Sequence record: PV636258.1 | Strand: one strand, 5' to 3' | DNA length: 64,000 bases | From: a phage | In this document: in pieces, positions 19,846 through 27,921 of the stretch | Layout: each line of letters opens with the position of its first letter | Position numbering within the stretch: position 1 is the first letter of the stretch | Translations under genes and position numbers: made by a program | The notes under the pieces: generated by a model | Told to the model about the DNA's origin: nothing | The model's input: the letters and a program-made list of their open reading frames with translations, nothing else | Database searches by the model: none

Positions 19846-19874
19846 AATATACTGCCTTTTTAGAAGATGTAAAC
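19846..19874 (-). promoter_or_regulatory. Sigma70-like early promoter (minus: GTTTACA-N16-TATATT)
   Basis: Read directly upstream of the 18819..19778 gene. Confidence 0.35.
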
Positions 19875-19951
19875 CACTTTTTATTGAAAAGTTGGTTAAC
19901 ACTTCTGTGTTAGACAACGGAACGCTGGAACAGCGCGGACTGACGTGAATA

Positions 19952-20239
19952 TTAACTTTGTATATCAATATTGAAAACTGTTTCAGGTGGCCACATGGCA
20001 GATAACTCGATTTGTGTGAATTTGGGTTGAACATACTGGTCCAAGACTTCGTCCCAGAGAGCATGTTCTATGTTAGCAATCAACAATTCGTCGTCCACTA
20101 TTTCGACGGAATGAACCACTATCCGGTGGTCATAAGTCAAAGCATCGCTCACATGATCATTTTCTGCTCTCAGGTGCTGCATTATGAAATATTCGATTAC
20201 AGATTCCAGTACTGTGTTCAGGCGAACATATTTCTTCAT
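19952..20239 (-). CDS. Hypothetical acidic protein
   Basis: 95-aa ORF, ATG start. Confidence 0.4.
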   Translation of the reverse strand: MKKYVRLNTVLESVIEYFIMQHLRAENDHVSDALTYDHRIVVHSVEIVDDELLIANIEHALWDEVLDQYVQPKFTQIELSAMWPPETVFNIDIQS

Positions 20240-20256
20240 ACAGCCCCCTGCTTGTG

Positions 20257-21003
20257 CTACAGATAGAAATTAGGGATTTCGCCGGATTCACAACCAAACC
20301 CGTTAAAATTCTGCTCAACATGTAAGCGAATTTTGTTCACCACTACCTGACGATGCTCTTCTTCCATACAACGTTCAATCAAAGAATACGCTGTATATGA
20401 CAGACTGTTGAACAATCTGGAAATAACAAGGCAATTCTCTTCATTGTAAACGACTTCAGTATGGATTGCGAAAGCGTGGTCTTCGTCGGTAAGAATTTTA
20501 CAGCCTTTGACCACAAATGGTTTTTCAAAGAAATCACGAGCTGAATCAGTGCCAGATTCTGGCATTAAACGGAAATCACCTTCTTCGCCGAAAACTGCTT
20601 TCAGATTTTCTTTACTGAATTCCGCTTCCATCTGTATACGTTTGTCGGCAAGATATTTCGCCGCAAAGTAGAATTTACCCACTGCATCATTAGCAGCGCG
20701 GCGGTTCGTAGCGGCTTGGGTATAACCAGAAACGAAGTCTTCAATGAATTCCAATGCTTCTGGTTTGCCAAAACGAATTTCGTCGCCCAGATCCAAGCTG
20801 GCTTCGGAATCAAGTTCAATACCCATAACCTTAAGAAGATCCGTTTCATTCAGCCTGTGCTGATTAAACAATTGTTCCTTGGAATATCCCAACTGGCTAC
20901 CGAGTTCATATCCGGTTTTACCACCCGAATCTTTATGGGTGCGATCATAGCGAACGCAATTAGAACTGAATTCAATACCAAAAATACGATGTAGCTGTGA
21001 CAT
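20257..21003 (-). CDS. Hypothetical protein
   Basis: 248-aa ORF, ATG start; no motif recognised with confidence. Confidence 0.45.
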   Translation of the reverse strand: MSQLHRIFGIEFSSNCVRYDRTHKDSGGKTGYELGSQLGYSKEQLFNQHRLNETDLLKVMGIELDSEASLDLGDEIRFGKPEALEFIEDFVSGYTQAATNRRAANDAVGKFYFAAKYLADKRIQMEAEFSKENLKAVFGEEGDFRLMPESGTDSARDFFEKPFVVKGCKILTDEDHAFAIHTEVVYNEENCLVISRLFNSLSYTAYSLIERCMEEEHRQVVVNKIRLHVEQNFNGFGCESGEIPNFYL

Positions 21004-21064
21004 ATCATAACCTCATGTTTATAGAAAGCCGTTCGCGAATTATCACGTAGAACGGCTTTTAGAA

Positions 21065-21769
21065 CTAACCATTTTTGTGTTTACGACGTGCGTCCTTCCA
21101 AACAGACATCTGACTCTGTTTCTGGAATCGAGCAGTACGCATAAACAAAACGACCTCCCAATATTGCGGTTCAATTTCATAAAGTTGTGAACGAAATTGA
21201 TCTGCGCGGTATAATTTGACACAATGATTGTACAAAGGGTGATTCGCAAACCGCTTTAGCGCATCCCAGGTAAGTCTCAAACGTGTTTTAGAACGATATG
21301 CCCGTTCATTTCTCAATTTAATGAGATCTTCAAATACCAACAATCTGAGTTTAGGCGGTAAATAATGGAGGTTTAGGCCATAAAGATAGGTTACACCACG
21401 TTCACCGAATTTCACCCCATCCCCCTTCACAAAATTGAAGAAGAACACCAGAGGATACATATCCCAATACGGGAGTTCATCTTTAGTCAGCGCATCATAT
21501 TTGAAATAATACATGCGGCCAACAATATAACGCACACCCTGAACAGGACGTTTATTTTCAGCGAATGCTTTCATCATGTGATTCGGAGATAAGTTAGCAT
21601 CTTTCGATACGCGCTCCATAAACCACACATGAGAACGACGGATATTACGCTTCGCTTCCGGCCCAAAATGTTGACGATATTTGCGGATGTAACGCTTGAC
21701 CAGTTCTGGGGCGTCCATCTCGGCGGGAAGCAACAACGGGTCTTCTTCACCCATAGCGTTCTTAGCCAT
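21065..21769 (-). CDS. Hypothetical protein
   Basis: 234-aa basic, aromatic-rich ORF, ATG start. Confidence 0.45.
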   Translation of the reverse strand: MAKNAMGEEDPLLLPAEMDAPELVKRYIRKYRQHFGPEAKRNIRRSHVWFMERVSKDANLSPNHMMKAFAENKRPVQGVRYIVGRMYYFKYDALTKDELPYWDMYPLVFFFNFVKGDGVKFGERGVTYLYGLNLHYLPPKLRLLVFEDLIKLRNERAYRSKTRLRLTWDALKRFANHPLYNHCVKLYRADQFRSQLYEIEPQYWEVVLFMRTARFQKQSQMSVWKDARRKHKNG

Positions 21770-21781
21770 TTGTCAACTCCT

Positions 21782-21789
21782 TATAAATA
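21782..21789 (+). promoter_or_regulatory. T4-type late promoter core TATAAATA
   Basis: Exact TATAAATA 35 nt upstream of a GGAG-preceded GTG start at 21824. Confidence 0.35.
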
Positions 21790-21823
21790 TCAACAGATAT
21801 ATTATTTAAATGGAGTCCTCATC

Positions 21824-22765
21824 GTGGAAGACTATCGCAATTTTCTAACGCAACTGCTTCAACGGGGTATTTCCCGCAAGAACAGATTTCGTGTTACAAT
21901 TCCGTTGCCGCCTGGAATATTTGATTCCAATGCGACACTAGCAAATGATGGGAACGCATATCCTTCATCTTCATTCGGCGATTTATTCAAACAAAGCGCC
22001 CGTATTGTAAACGCATTCTTTGGAGGGACAAACCAAACATCTCGTTCCCTGCAAATGATGTGTATGGTCGCATCTTTACCTGGTACAGGGATTGACACTA
22101 CTCCCATGACCAACAACGGCAACCACATTAAAATGCCGAACAACAAGACGAACATTGATCTGGAGTTGTCGTTCCTCCTCGCCAACGATTATTATGAAAA
22201 GTCGGTCATGGACAAATGGAAGAATCTGATATTCGACCCATACACAACCAAGATGGGTTATTATGAAGACTTCGTGACCGATATTTGTATAGAGCAAATG
22301 GATACAGAAGATCAGGTTGTTCATCGCGTTTATGTGACTGAGGCTCACCCCATCAACTTCAGTTCTATAGATCTGGATAAAAGCGCCGCCGATCAATTTA
22401 ATCAGTACAACATTTCCTTTTCTTATAACAAAGTATTATCGGAGACTGAATATGAAACGCGCAGCCTCGCCAGCGATTTTCTTCCTTTGGGTATTACTGA
22501 TGCTCTTGCTTCCGGAGACTGGGAAACCGCTGCGTCAAAAGCCGGACAGCTATATAAAAAGATCAAAGAAGGAAACTTCACAGGTGAAGCCCTGCTGGCT
22601 TATAAGCAACTCGATCAGCTTGTAAACAATCTGGCTGGTATCAGCTTGGCTGATTTCGAAAGGATCTCTATCGGCATCCAGAGGGATATCTTAGGCAATG
22701 ATAACCTGACGGCGTCTGAGAAGAGTAGTTTACTCGGATTGTTACAGGATGTTGTCAAAAACTAA
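21824..22765 (+). CDS. Hypothetical late protein (possible virion component)
   Basis: In-frame GTG with GGAG SD; the longer track ORF from 21629 overlaps the divergent gene and has no ATG before 21824. Confidence 0.4.
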   Translation: MEDYRNFLTQLLQRGISRKNRFRVTIPLPPGIFDSNATLANDGNAYPSSSFGDLFKQSARIVNAFFGGTNQTSRSLQMMCMVASLPGTGIDTTPMTNNGNHIKMPNNKTNIDLELSFLLANDYYEKSVMDKWKNLIFDPYTTKMGYYEDFVTDICIEQMDTEDQVVHRVYVTEAHPINFSSIDLDKSAADQFNQYNISFSYNKVLSETEYETRSLASDFLPLGITDALASGDWETAASKAGQLYKKIKEGNFTGEALLAYKQLDQLVNNLAGISLADFERISIGIQRDILGNDNLTASEKSSLLGLLQDVVKN

Positions 22766-22767
22766 AA

Positions 22768-22783
22768 AGCCCCCGAAGGGGCT
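22768..22783. terminator. Bidirectional stem-loop (AGCCCC-CGAA-GGGGCT) between convergent genes
   Basis: Inverted repeat flanked by A-tract on one side and T-tract on the other. Confidence 0.5.
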
Positions 22784-22792
22784 TTAGCGAAA

Positions 22793-23824
22793 TTAGTCTT
22801 GCTTCAGGAACTGCTCGAACTCATCAATGGTAGCCGTCTGTTTCGCATCGGCACCACCATTATTGGCTGGAACAGATTGCTGTGCATTAGAAGGCTGAGA
22901 TTGTTGTTGGTTCAGACTTTCCTGCGCTGTTGGGCGCTGTGGTTCCTGAGACTGGGTAGGCGCATGTGCCATAGTAGAAGCACCACCTTCAACCAGAGGC
23001 TGATTGTCAGGGATGGCCAGAACTTTGCGCAAACGTTTTTCCAGATCTTCGTACGATTTGAAGTTGGCCGGATTAAAGAACTCAAACAGACTGTGTTCTT
23101 TTTCCCAGATCTCTTCAATGTATTCGTCTGTCCCCAAAGGTGCCGGAGTATCCCACTTCACATTGGTGAAGTTAGCCACCAGACCTTTCCAGTTTCCGAA
23201 CTCTTTCTCTTCACCAAAGAGGTTCAGAATCAGGTTCGCGCCTTCCCACATATCGAACGGGTCGAATTTAGGGTCAGTTGAGAACTTAGGATTCTGAGCC
23301 GAATCCAGGATTTTCTTGACGGCATTACCGAACTCAAGCAAGAAGACCTTGCCGTTGTTTTCCGGATTGTTACCATCTTTGATCACCAGGATGTTGGCGT
23401 AGTATTTGGTGTCCGGCAGACGTTTTTTGAGAACTGTTTTCAGCTTTTCATCATTCGTTTCTTTCTGTTGTGCCCACAGAGGACGGTCATGGTCGCGAAC
23501 AGGATCATCGTTACCGAAAGTCTGAGGAGAGTTTTCGATATACCAACCACCAGCGCCCTGGAATGCGTGTTTCATGATCATGGCACACGGAGTTAACACA
23601 GCATCTTCAGGGATGGTGCCTTCTTCTTGAGCCTTCATGTCCACCAAAGGGATCGGCAGGAAACGAATGATGTTTTCAGAAGTACCCTTGTCATTCCAGG
23701 TCCACTTCCAGATGCGCGGGTCACGACCGCCACCAACACGCTGGCCTTGCTGAGCGAGTCGCTGTTGCATAGCTTCGGCTTGTTGGCCACGAGATTGTTT
23801 AAGACGATCAAATAAATTACCCAT
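22793..23824 (-). CDS. 32: Single-stranded DNA-binding protein (T4 gp32-like)
   Basis: 343 aa; IRFLPIP, WYIE, YANILVIKD..PEN.GKVFLLEFG and WEGANLIL parallel T4 gp32 blocks; acidic C-terminus. Confidence 0.75.
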   Translation of the reverse strand: MGNLFDRLKQSRGQQAEAMQQRLAQQGQRVGGGRDPRIWKWTWNDKGTSENIIRFLPIPLVDMKAQEEGTIPEDAVLTPCAMIMKHAFQGAGGWYIENSPQTFGNDDPVRDHDRPLWAQQKETNDEKLKTVLKKRLPDTKYYANILVIKDGNNPENNGKVFLLEFGNAVKKILDSAQNPKFSTDPKFDPFDMWEGANLILNLFGEEKEFGNWKGLVANFTNVKWDTPAPLGTDEYIEEIWEKEHSLFEFFNPANFKSYEDLEKRLRKVLAIPDNQPLVEGGASTMAHAPTQSQEPQRPTAQESLNQQQSQPSNAQQSVPANNGGADAKQTATIDEFEQFLKQD

Positions 23825-23896
23825 TTTAATATTCCTCTATAATCCGCCCCTTCGGGCTATTCTGTAAATGTATTTGTCAATTATTCCGACGGTGTA

Positions 23897-23925
23897 ATTA
23901 TACTGCGTTTTGCTATTGAGTTAAC
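23897..23925 (-). promoter_or_regulatory. Sigma70-like promoter upstream of gene 32 (minus: GTTAAC-N17-TATAAT)
   Basis: Read directly; a weak hairpin and AT-rich leader lie between promoter and start. Confidence 0.3.
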
Positions 23926-24160
23926 CCGCAATCATTTGTTTTGCTGGGTCTATTTCAATAATGTCGTACACATCTGAGAAGGTTTTGTGTCCTTCCAAGA
24001 ATGTATGGTATTCGATGACATAGGATTTACCTTCCGGCGTCGTGTAACGTACACGATCCATATCATCAGCATGTTCATTGAGGCTACCGTGCCGCCAGCG
24101 GATAGAACCTGGCAGATACTCTTGCGCCTTCAACATTTTATAGATTTGCTCTTTGCTCAT
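23921..24160 (-). CDS. Hypothetical protein
   Basis: 79-aa ORF, ATG start. Confidence 0.4.
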   Translation of the reverse strand: MSKEQIYKMLKAQEYLPGSIRWRHGSLNEHADDMDRVRYTTPEGKSYVIEYHTFLEGHKTFSDVYDIIEIDPAKQMIAG

Positions 24161-24169
24161 GTTACAACC

Positions 24170-24412
24170 TTAAATGAGTTTTTTAGATTTCAATTCACCC
24201 TTCAACAACCGAGCATCAGAACATTCAGCTGTTAGCCTTGACAGAAGAGGAGGCGTGATCAATTTTTTGACCTTTGCTTCTTCGATGTCATACTCTTCAC
24301 AAACACTGGCCATCGTTTCAAGGATTGATTCCTTGCGTTGGCTTGCTCTCATCAACACCAATTCGGAAAAAGAATCTGGTGTGAGCACTTGTGCTATTTG
24401 TTGATCAGACAT
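24170..24412 (-). CDS. Hypothetical protein
   Basis: ATG at 24412 overlapping the stop of the upstream gene (ATGTCTGA); the longer track ORF has an implausible N-terminus. Confidence 0.4.
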   Translation of the reverse strand: MSDQQIAQVLTPDSFSELVLMRASQRKESILETMASVCEEYDIEEAKVKKLITPPLLSRLTAECSDARLLKGELKSKKLI

Positions 24413-24650
24413 CGATTGTATTCCCCTTCCCTGATTGCTTCTTAATATGACGCAAAACGTCTTTGAAGCCATCAGGCGCGGACTGAGGACCACGAACACC
24501 AGATACGATCTTTGGTGCTCCAATAATCATTTTTATTTCACCGCCACATTCAGAACATGGCTCTAATTCAGGTGTATGACGTTCAGCACAAGATTTTCGA
24601 GCACTAAACGAATTTCCACAACCTGTACAGGCATAATCATAAAACGGCAT
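24405..24650 (-). CDS. FmdB-family zinc-ribbon protein
   Basis: From the internal ATG the protein starts MPFYDYACTGCGNSF and has a second CxxC (CSECGG); the upstream part of the track ORF is implausible. Confidence 0.5.
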   Translation of the reverse strand: MPFYDYACTGCGNSFSARKSCAERHTPELEPCSECGGEIKMIIGAPKIVSGVRGPQSAPDGFKDVLRHIKKQSGKGNTIDV

Positions 24651-24933
24651 GAATCGCCTCCAATACGTGTCGCAGAAATATAATAACTGCTCCCACCAGC
24701 GTAGAAAACAGGACAATCCTGATTGCTTTGTCACGCAGCAAAACATATTCGGCCAACATATCAGATTGATTTGCAGCTCTTACATTGACGTCACTATGTG
24801 GCGAAACCGCATAGAAAGATACCATGGCACTTAATGAATGAAGGAATGTCAAGAATCCCTTAATCCAAACAAACGCCGTCATCAACAGCAAGGCGAAAAG
24901 CAGTATATCTGCCAGCAGCCAGTAGTTAATCAT
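24637..24933 (-). CDS. Small integral membrane protein
   Basis: 98 aa with about three hydrophobic helices; overlaps neighbours by a few codons. Confidence 0.4.
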   Translation of the reverse strand: MINYWLLADILLFALLLMTAFVWIKGFLTFLHSLSAMVSFYAVSPHSDVNVRAANQSDMLAEYVLLRDKAIRIVLFSTLVGAVIIFLRHVLEAIHAVL

Positions 24934-25537
24934 TTCTTACACCTCTATTGAAATCAGGATAATTTTCTATGAAGTAAGGACCAGAAACCATATTTGCGAA
25001 CGAATCCACGAGGTCATCGATTGGCTTTGGATCCTTCACGTCCAACATGTCCATTATACCGCGCATCTTAACGTTGAACAGCTTCTCAAAGTGATCTATC
25101 ATGACCAATTTGTCGGCATTTCCTTTACCACAAAAATGTTTCTTAACAAAAGACGGGGTAACAATCTGAAATTCCATATTGTTCCGGCGCATCGCTTGTT
25201 TCAATAGAGATGTGTTCTCGGCGGTTTGGCATATGTTGTTGGAGTTTTTTGAATTCCCCATAGCATAGCCTTCTAGGGTGATGAAATCCGGCTTCTCTGT
25301 AAGAAGTACGGCTTCAGCCCATTTGGAAATGTTATAAAACCGTTCTTCGGGGGATTCATATTTGGGTTGACGTAAAATAAGAATATTGTGTCGCACTTGA
25401 CGACAGTGCTTCTCAACGGTATGATGTGCATAGAAATGAAGATGATCAAAATCCAGAGGATCTTTGTCGTCCCAGAAGCACATGGCTGGACAGCCGTAAG
25501 AATAGTCGATTCCGCAAAATTTCATAAAAATACCCAT
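24926..25537 (-). CDS. RuvC-like (RNase H-fold) Holliday junction resolvase, tentative
   Basis: N-terminal FCGIDYS, ITLEGYA, C-terminal IDDLVDSFA consistent with RuvC-type acidic residues; 203 aa. Confidence 0.4.
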   Translation of the reverse strand: MGIFMKFCGIDYSYGCPAMCFWDDKDPLDFDHLHFYAHHTVEKHCRQVRHNILILRQPKYESPEERFYNISKWAEAVLLTEKPDFITLEGYAMGNSKNSNNICQTAENTSLLKQAMRRNNMEFQIVTPSFVKKHFCGKGNADKLVMIDHFEKLFNVKMRGIMDMLDVKDPKPIDDLVDSFANMVSGPYFIENYPDFNRGVRND

Positions 25538-25574
25538 AACGAAGTTTCATTGTGTTATGGGTATTTAGACCGGA

Positions 25575-26060
25575 TTATCTGGTGACGATTTTGCTTTCCG
25601 GTAAAATCAGGCGAGGTTTGGAGTCCATTTCTTCTTGCATCTGACGTATCTGTTGCAGTAATGCAGAAGTGTCCACATGACGTTTGATCCCCCGCGCTTC
25701 ATCACCATATGACACATGGCCGTTGGCGTCCACATAATGCGCGGTGCAAACCATCAAAACATAACCCAACTCACCAACGGCAACCGTTAAATCAACCACT
25801 TCGGAAGCCAAAGATTCTCCGTCAACACTGAGATTGGGCGAATAATGGATTTTACCATCAGCCATAAATTCGCTATTCAGCATAATCATGCCAGCGATCG
25901 TTTGTACAACGGGGTTCCCCTGATCATCAGCAACGAAACCGTCGAATGCGCCTTCAAACCCTGGCGCAATTTCTCCCTTTTCATTTGTGATCACAGCGCG
26001 AAGGCGTTGAAGGATGACGTCTTGTACCTGCTGAATATCAGCGCGTTCTACGTTTGGCAT
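25575..26060 (-). CDS. Hypothetical protein
   Basis: ATG at 26060 with GGAGAA SD; the longer track ORF would overlap the upstream gene by 92 nt. Confidence 0.4.
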   Translation of the reverse strand: MPNVERADIQQVQDVILQRLRAVITNEKGEIAPGFEGAFDGFVADDQGNPVVQTIAGMIMLNSEFMADGKIHYSPNLSVDGESLASEVVDLTVAVGELGYVLMVCTAHYVDANGHVSYGDEARGIKRHVDTSALLQQIRQMQEEMDSKPRLILPESKIVTR

Positions 26061-26562
26061 TATTGTTCTCCAGTTCATAATCCCGTTCTTTAACATATTC
26101 ATAAAGACGAGAAGTAATTCGGTCGGCATTGCCTGTGGTATTCTTCACAACCCAACCGCTCGTAAGGACATCCATTTTATATCCACAATCATTATCTTGA
26201 AAATAACTTTTAATTGTTTCAAGGCGACGACGTTTATGAAAATACGGTATTAATTCGCCAATGATGACACAATCGGGATAATGCTTATCCAGAGTGTTTA
26301 TGTCTCGTTGAACCCAAACTGGAATAACATCTTCCTCGTCAATTGGGCTGTACGTTGGATCAACGATAATCACATTGAATCCATAATTCAATAAATCTTT
26401 AACTCCCAGCCACCCGAATTTCATATCGGACACGGTCATGGCGACATTCTTTATCCCCAATTTATTTGCAAAATCTGTGAGTAATACAAAAAAGTCCGTG
26501 TTTGCATCCGGATAATTAATTGCGAGTTGCTCCCCCACTTTACTGAAACAGAACGCGTGCAT
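26038..26562 (-). CDS. Hypothetical protein
   Basis: 174-aa ORF, ATG start. Confidence 0.4.
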   Translation of the reverse strand: MHAFCFSKVGEQLAINYPDANTDFFVLLTDFANKLGIKNVAMTVSDMKFGWLGVKDLLNYGFNVIIVDPTYSPIDEEDVIPVWVQRDINTLDKHYPDCVIIGELIPYFHKRRRLETIKSYFQDNDCGYKMDVLTSGWVVKNTTGNADRITSRLYEYVKERDYELENNNAKRRTR

Positions 26563-26575
26563 TTTCAGTCCTCGT

Positions 26576-26583
26576 TATAAATA
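26576..26583 (+). promoter_or_regulatory. T4-type late promoter core TATAAATA
   Basis: Exact TATAAATA 28 nt upstream of the ATG at 26612. Confidence 0.4.
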
Positions 26584-26611
26584 CAATTACAATATACCGT
26601 GGAGATACATT

Positions 26612-27415
26612 ATGAATTTACCATCATTGCCCAAAACTGAGAGAACACATAAAAGTGATTTCTGGCCGACTGTGATCAAATACCGCGCCTTTACAGCAGG
26701 GCAACAGACCATGTTACTTCAGGTTGCTGATCCGAACACTCCTATGGGTGAGCGCGTGGCAACATTGGAGCAACTATTTGACAGTTGTGTTGATGCTGGC
26801 GTTCCCTTTAGTAAACTGCCAATCGGTGTTACTGAAGAAGTATTTTTAAAGATGCGCTGTATATCTATCGGCGAGGTCATGAAGATACGTTACAAATGTA
26901 ACAATAAAGTTCAAGCCGACACAAATGAAGGTGAAGAACCAGTTTCTGGTGTTAAAGATTGTGGCCAAGAGCTTGTGTTACCGATCCCGCTCAATCAGGT
27001 AAAATGCGTGTCCCCAGAAGGCTTCAGGGAGACGTTTGATCTACCAGGTGGTTATCATATAAAGATGCGCCAGCCGTCCTTCTCGGATGCCTCAGTGCTT
27101 AATGAAGCATCCTCTGTTGAACAAATGATTGCCACCTTTATCGATTGCCTGTATGACGACGATGGTCAGGTTTGGAAGGTGGAAAATCCGGCTGAACCTG
27201 GTATCAATCCAGAAGTTGCTAAAGAACGCCAACGCATTAAGGATGAATTTGTCAAATGGGTTGGGGACAATATCGAATCTGAGATTGTTCAGGACATTTC
27301 GAATGATTTCTTTAAAAAGATTCCGCGTATTCGTTACGCGACAAAAATTAAATGCCCTTCGTGTGGGAAAGAACACGAAGTCAAATTTAACAGTGTCACC
27401 GAGATTTTCATTTAA
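26612..27415 (+). CDS. Hypothetical late protein with C-terminal CxxC (possible baseplate/hub assembly component)
   Basis: 267 aa; GGAGA SD; late-promoter motif upstream; KCPSCGKEHE near C-terminus. Confidence 0.45.
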   Translation: MNLPSLPKTERTHKSDFWPTVIKYRAFTAGQQTMLLQVADPNTPMGERVATLEQLFDSCVDAGVPFSKLPIGVTEEVFLKMRCISIGEVMKIRYKCNNKVQADTNEGEEPVSGVKDCGQELVLPIPLNQVKCVSPEGFRETFDLPGGYHIKMRQPSFSDASVLNEASSVEQMIATFIDCLYDDDGQVWKVENPAEPGINPEVAKERQRIKDEFVKWVGDNIESEIVQDISNDFFKKIPRIRYATKIKCPSCGKEHEVKFNSVTEIFI

Positions 27416-27564
27416 TTTTTGAAATTGATTTACTCTCCTATTTTGTGATGTGTGACGAATTAAAGGCACACGGCTATAGCATATTTGAAATCAGTGAATC
27501 GATGCCGTGGCATCTTGATTTGCTTACCGAGACACTGAAAATTAGATTGTCTAAGAAATCTTCC

Positions 27565-27585
27565 AACCCCACGTAATGTGGGGTT
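27565..27585 (+). terminator. Stem-loop (AACCCCAC-GTAAT-GTGGGGTT) followed by T-tract
   Basis: 8-bp inverted repeat then TTCTT; the stop codon of a possible 42-aa ORF sits in the loop. Confidence 0.4.
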
Positions 27586-27921
27586 TTCTTCGCTTACCTG
27601 TATTACCGTTTAAGAAAGGATTGTTTAACCCGAAATTGCTATATCACCATTGTTCCTGATATGAATGTTGTGTAAATCTGGTTTGAATTTGTTTTGAAAC
27701 AAAAATAATGCTTTTCTACGCATGTTCTGAGGTGTACAGTATTTTCCTCGCCTTTATGCCTCCATGGCATTGGAATGGGACTGCCTGTCAAGGCGGTGTT
27801 ACGAGCTTCAGCGAGTAGGAACGAAAAGAACAAAGGTTGAACGGAAGCAGAGCTTCCTATAATATATTATTCGACAGATTTCAAATCCCCGCCATAAATA
27901 TCACATGATTCTAATTGACTA

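Noticed and set aside
20257-21003. 248-aa protein as an ADP-ribosyltransferase, based on VRYDR near the N-terminus
   Set aside because: No convincing S-x-S or E-x-E motif follows at appropriate spacing; left as hypothetical.
21629-21823. Long 5' extension of the plus-strand ORF starting at 21629
   Set aside because: It overlaps the divergent minus-strand gene 21065..21769 by 140 nt and contains no ATG; an in-frame GTG at 21824 with GGAG SD and an upstream TATAAATA is more plausible.
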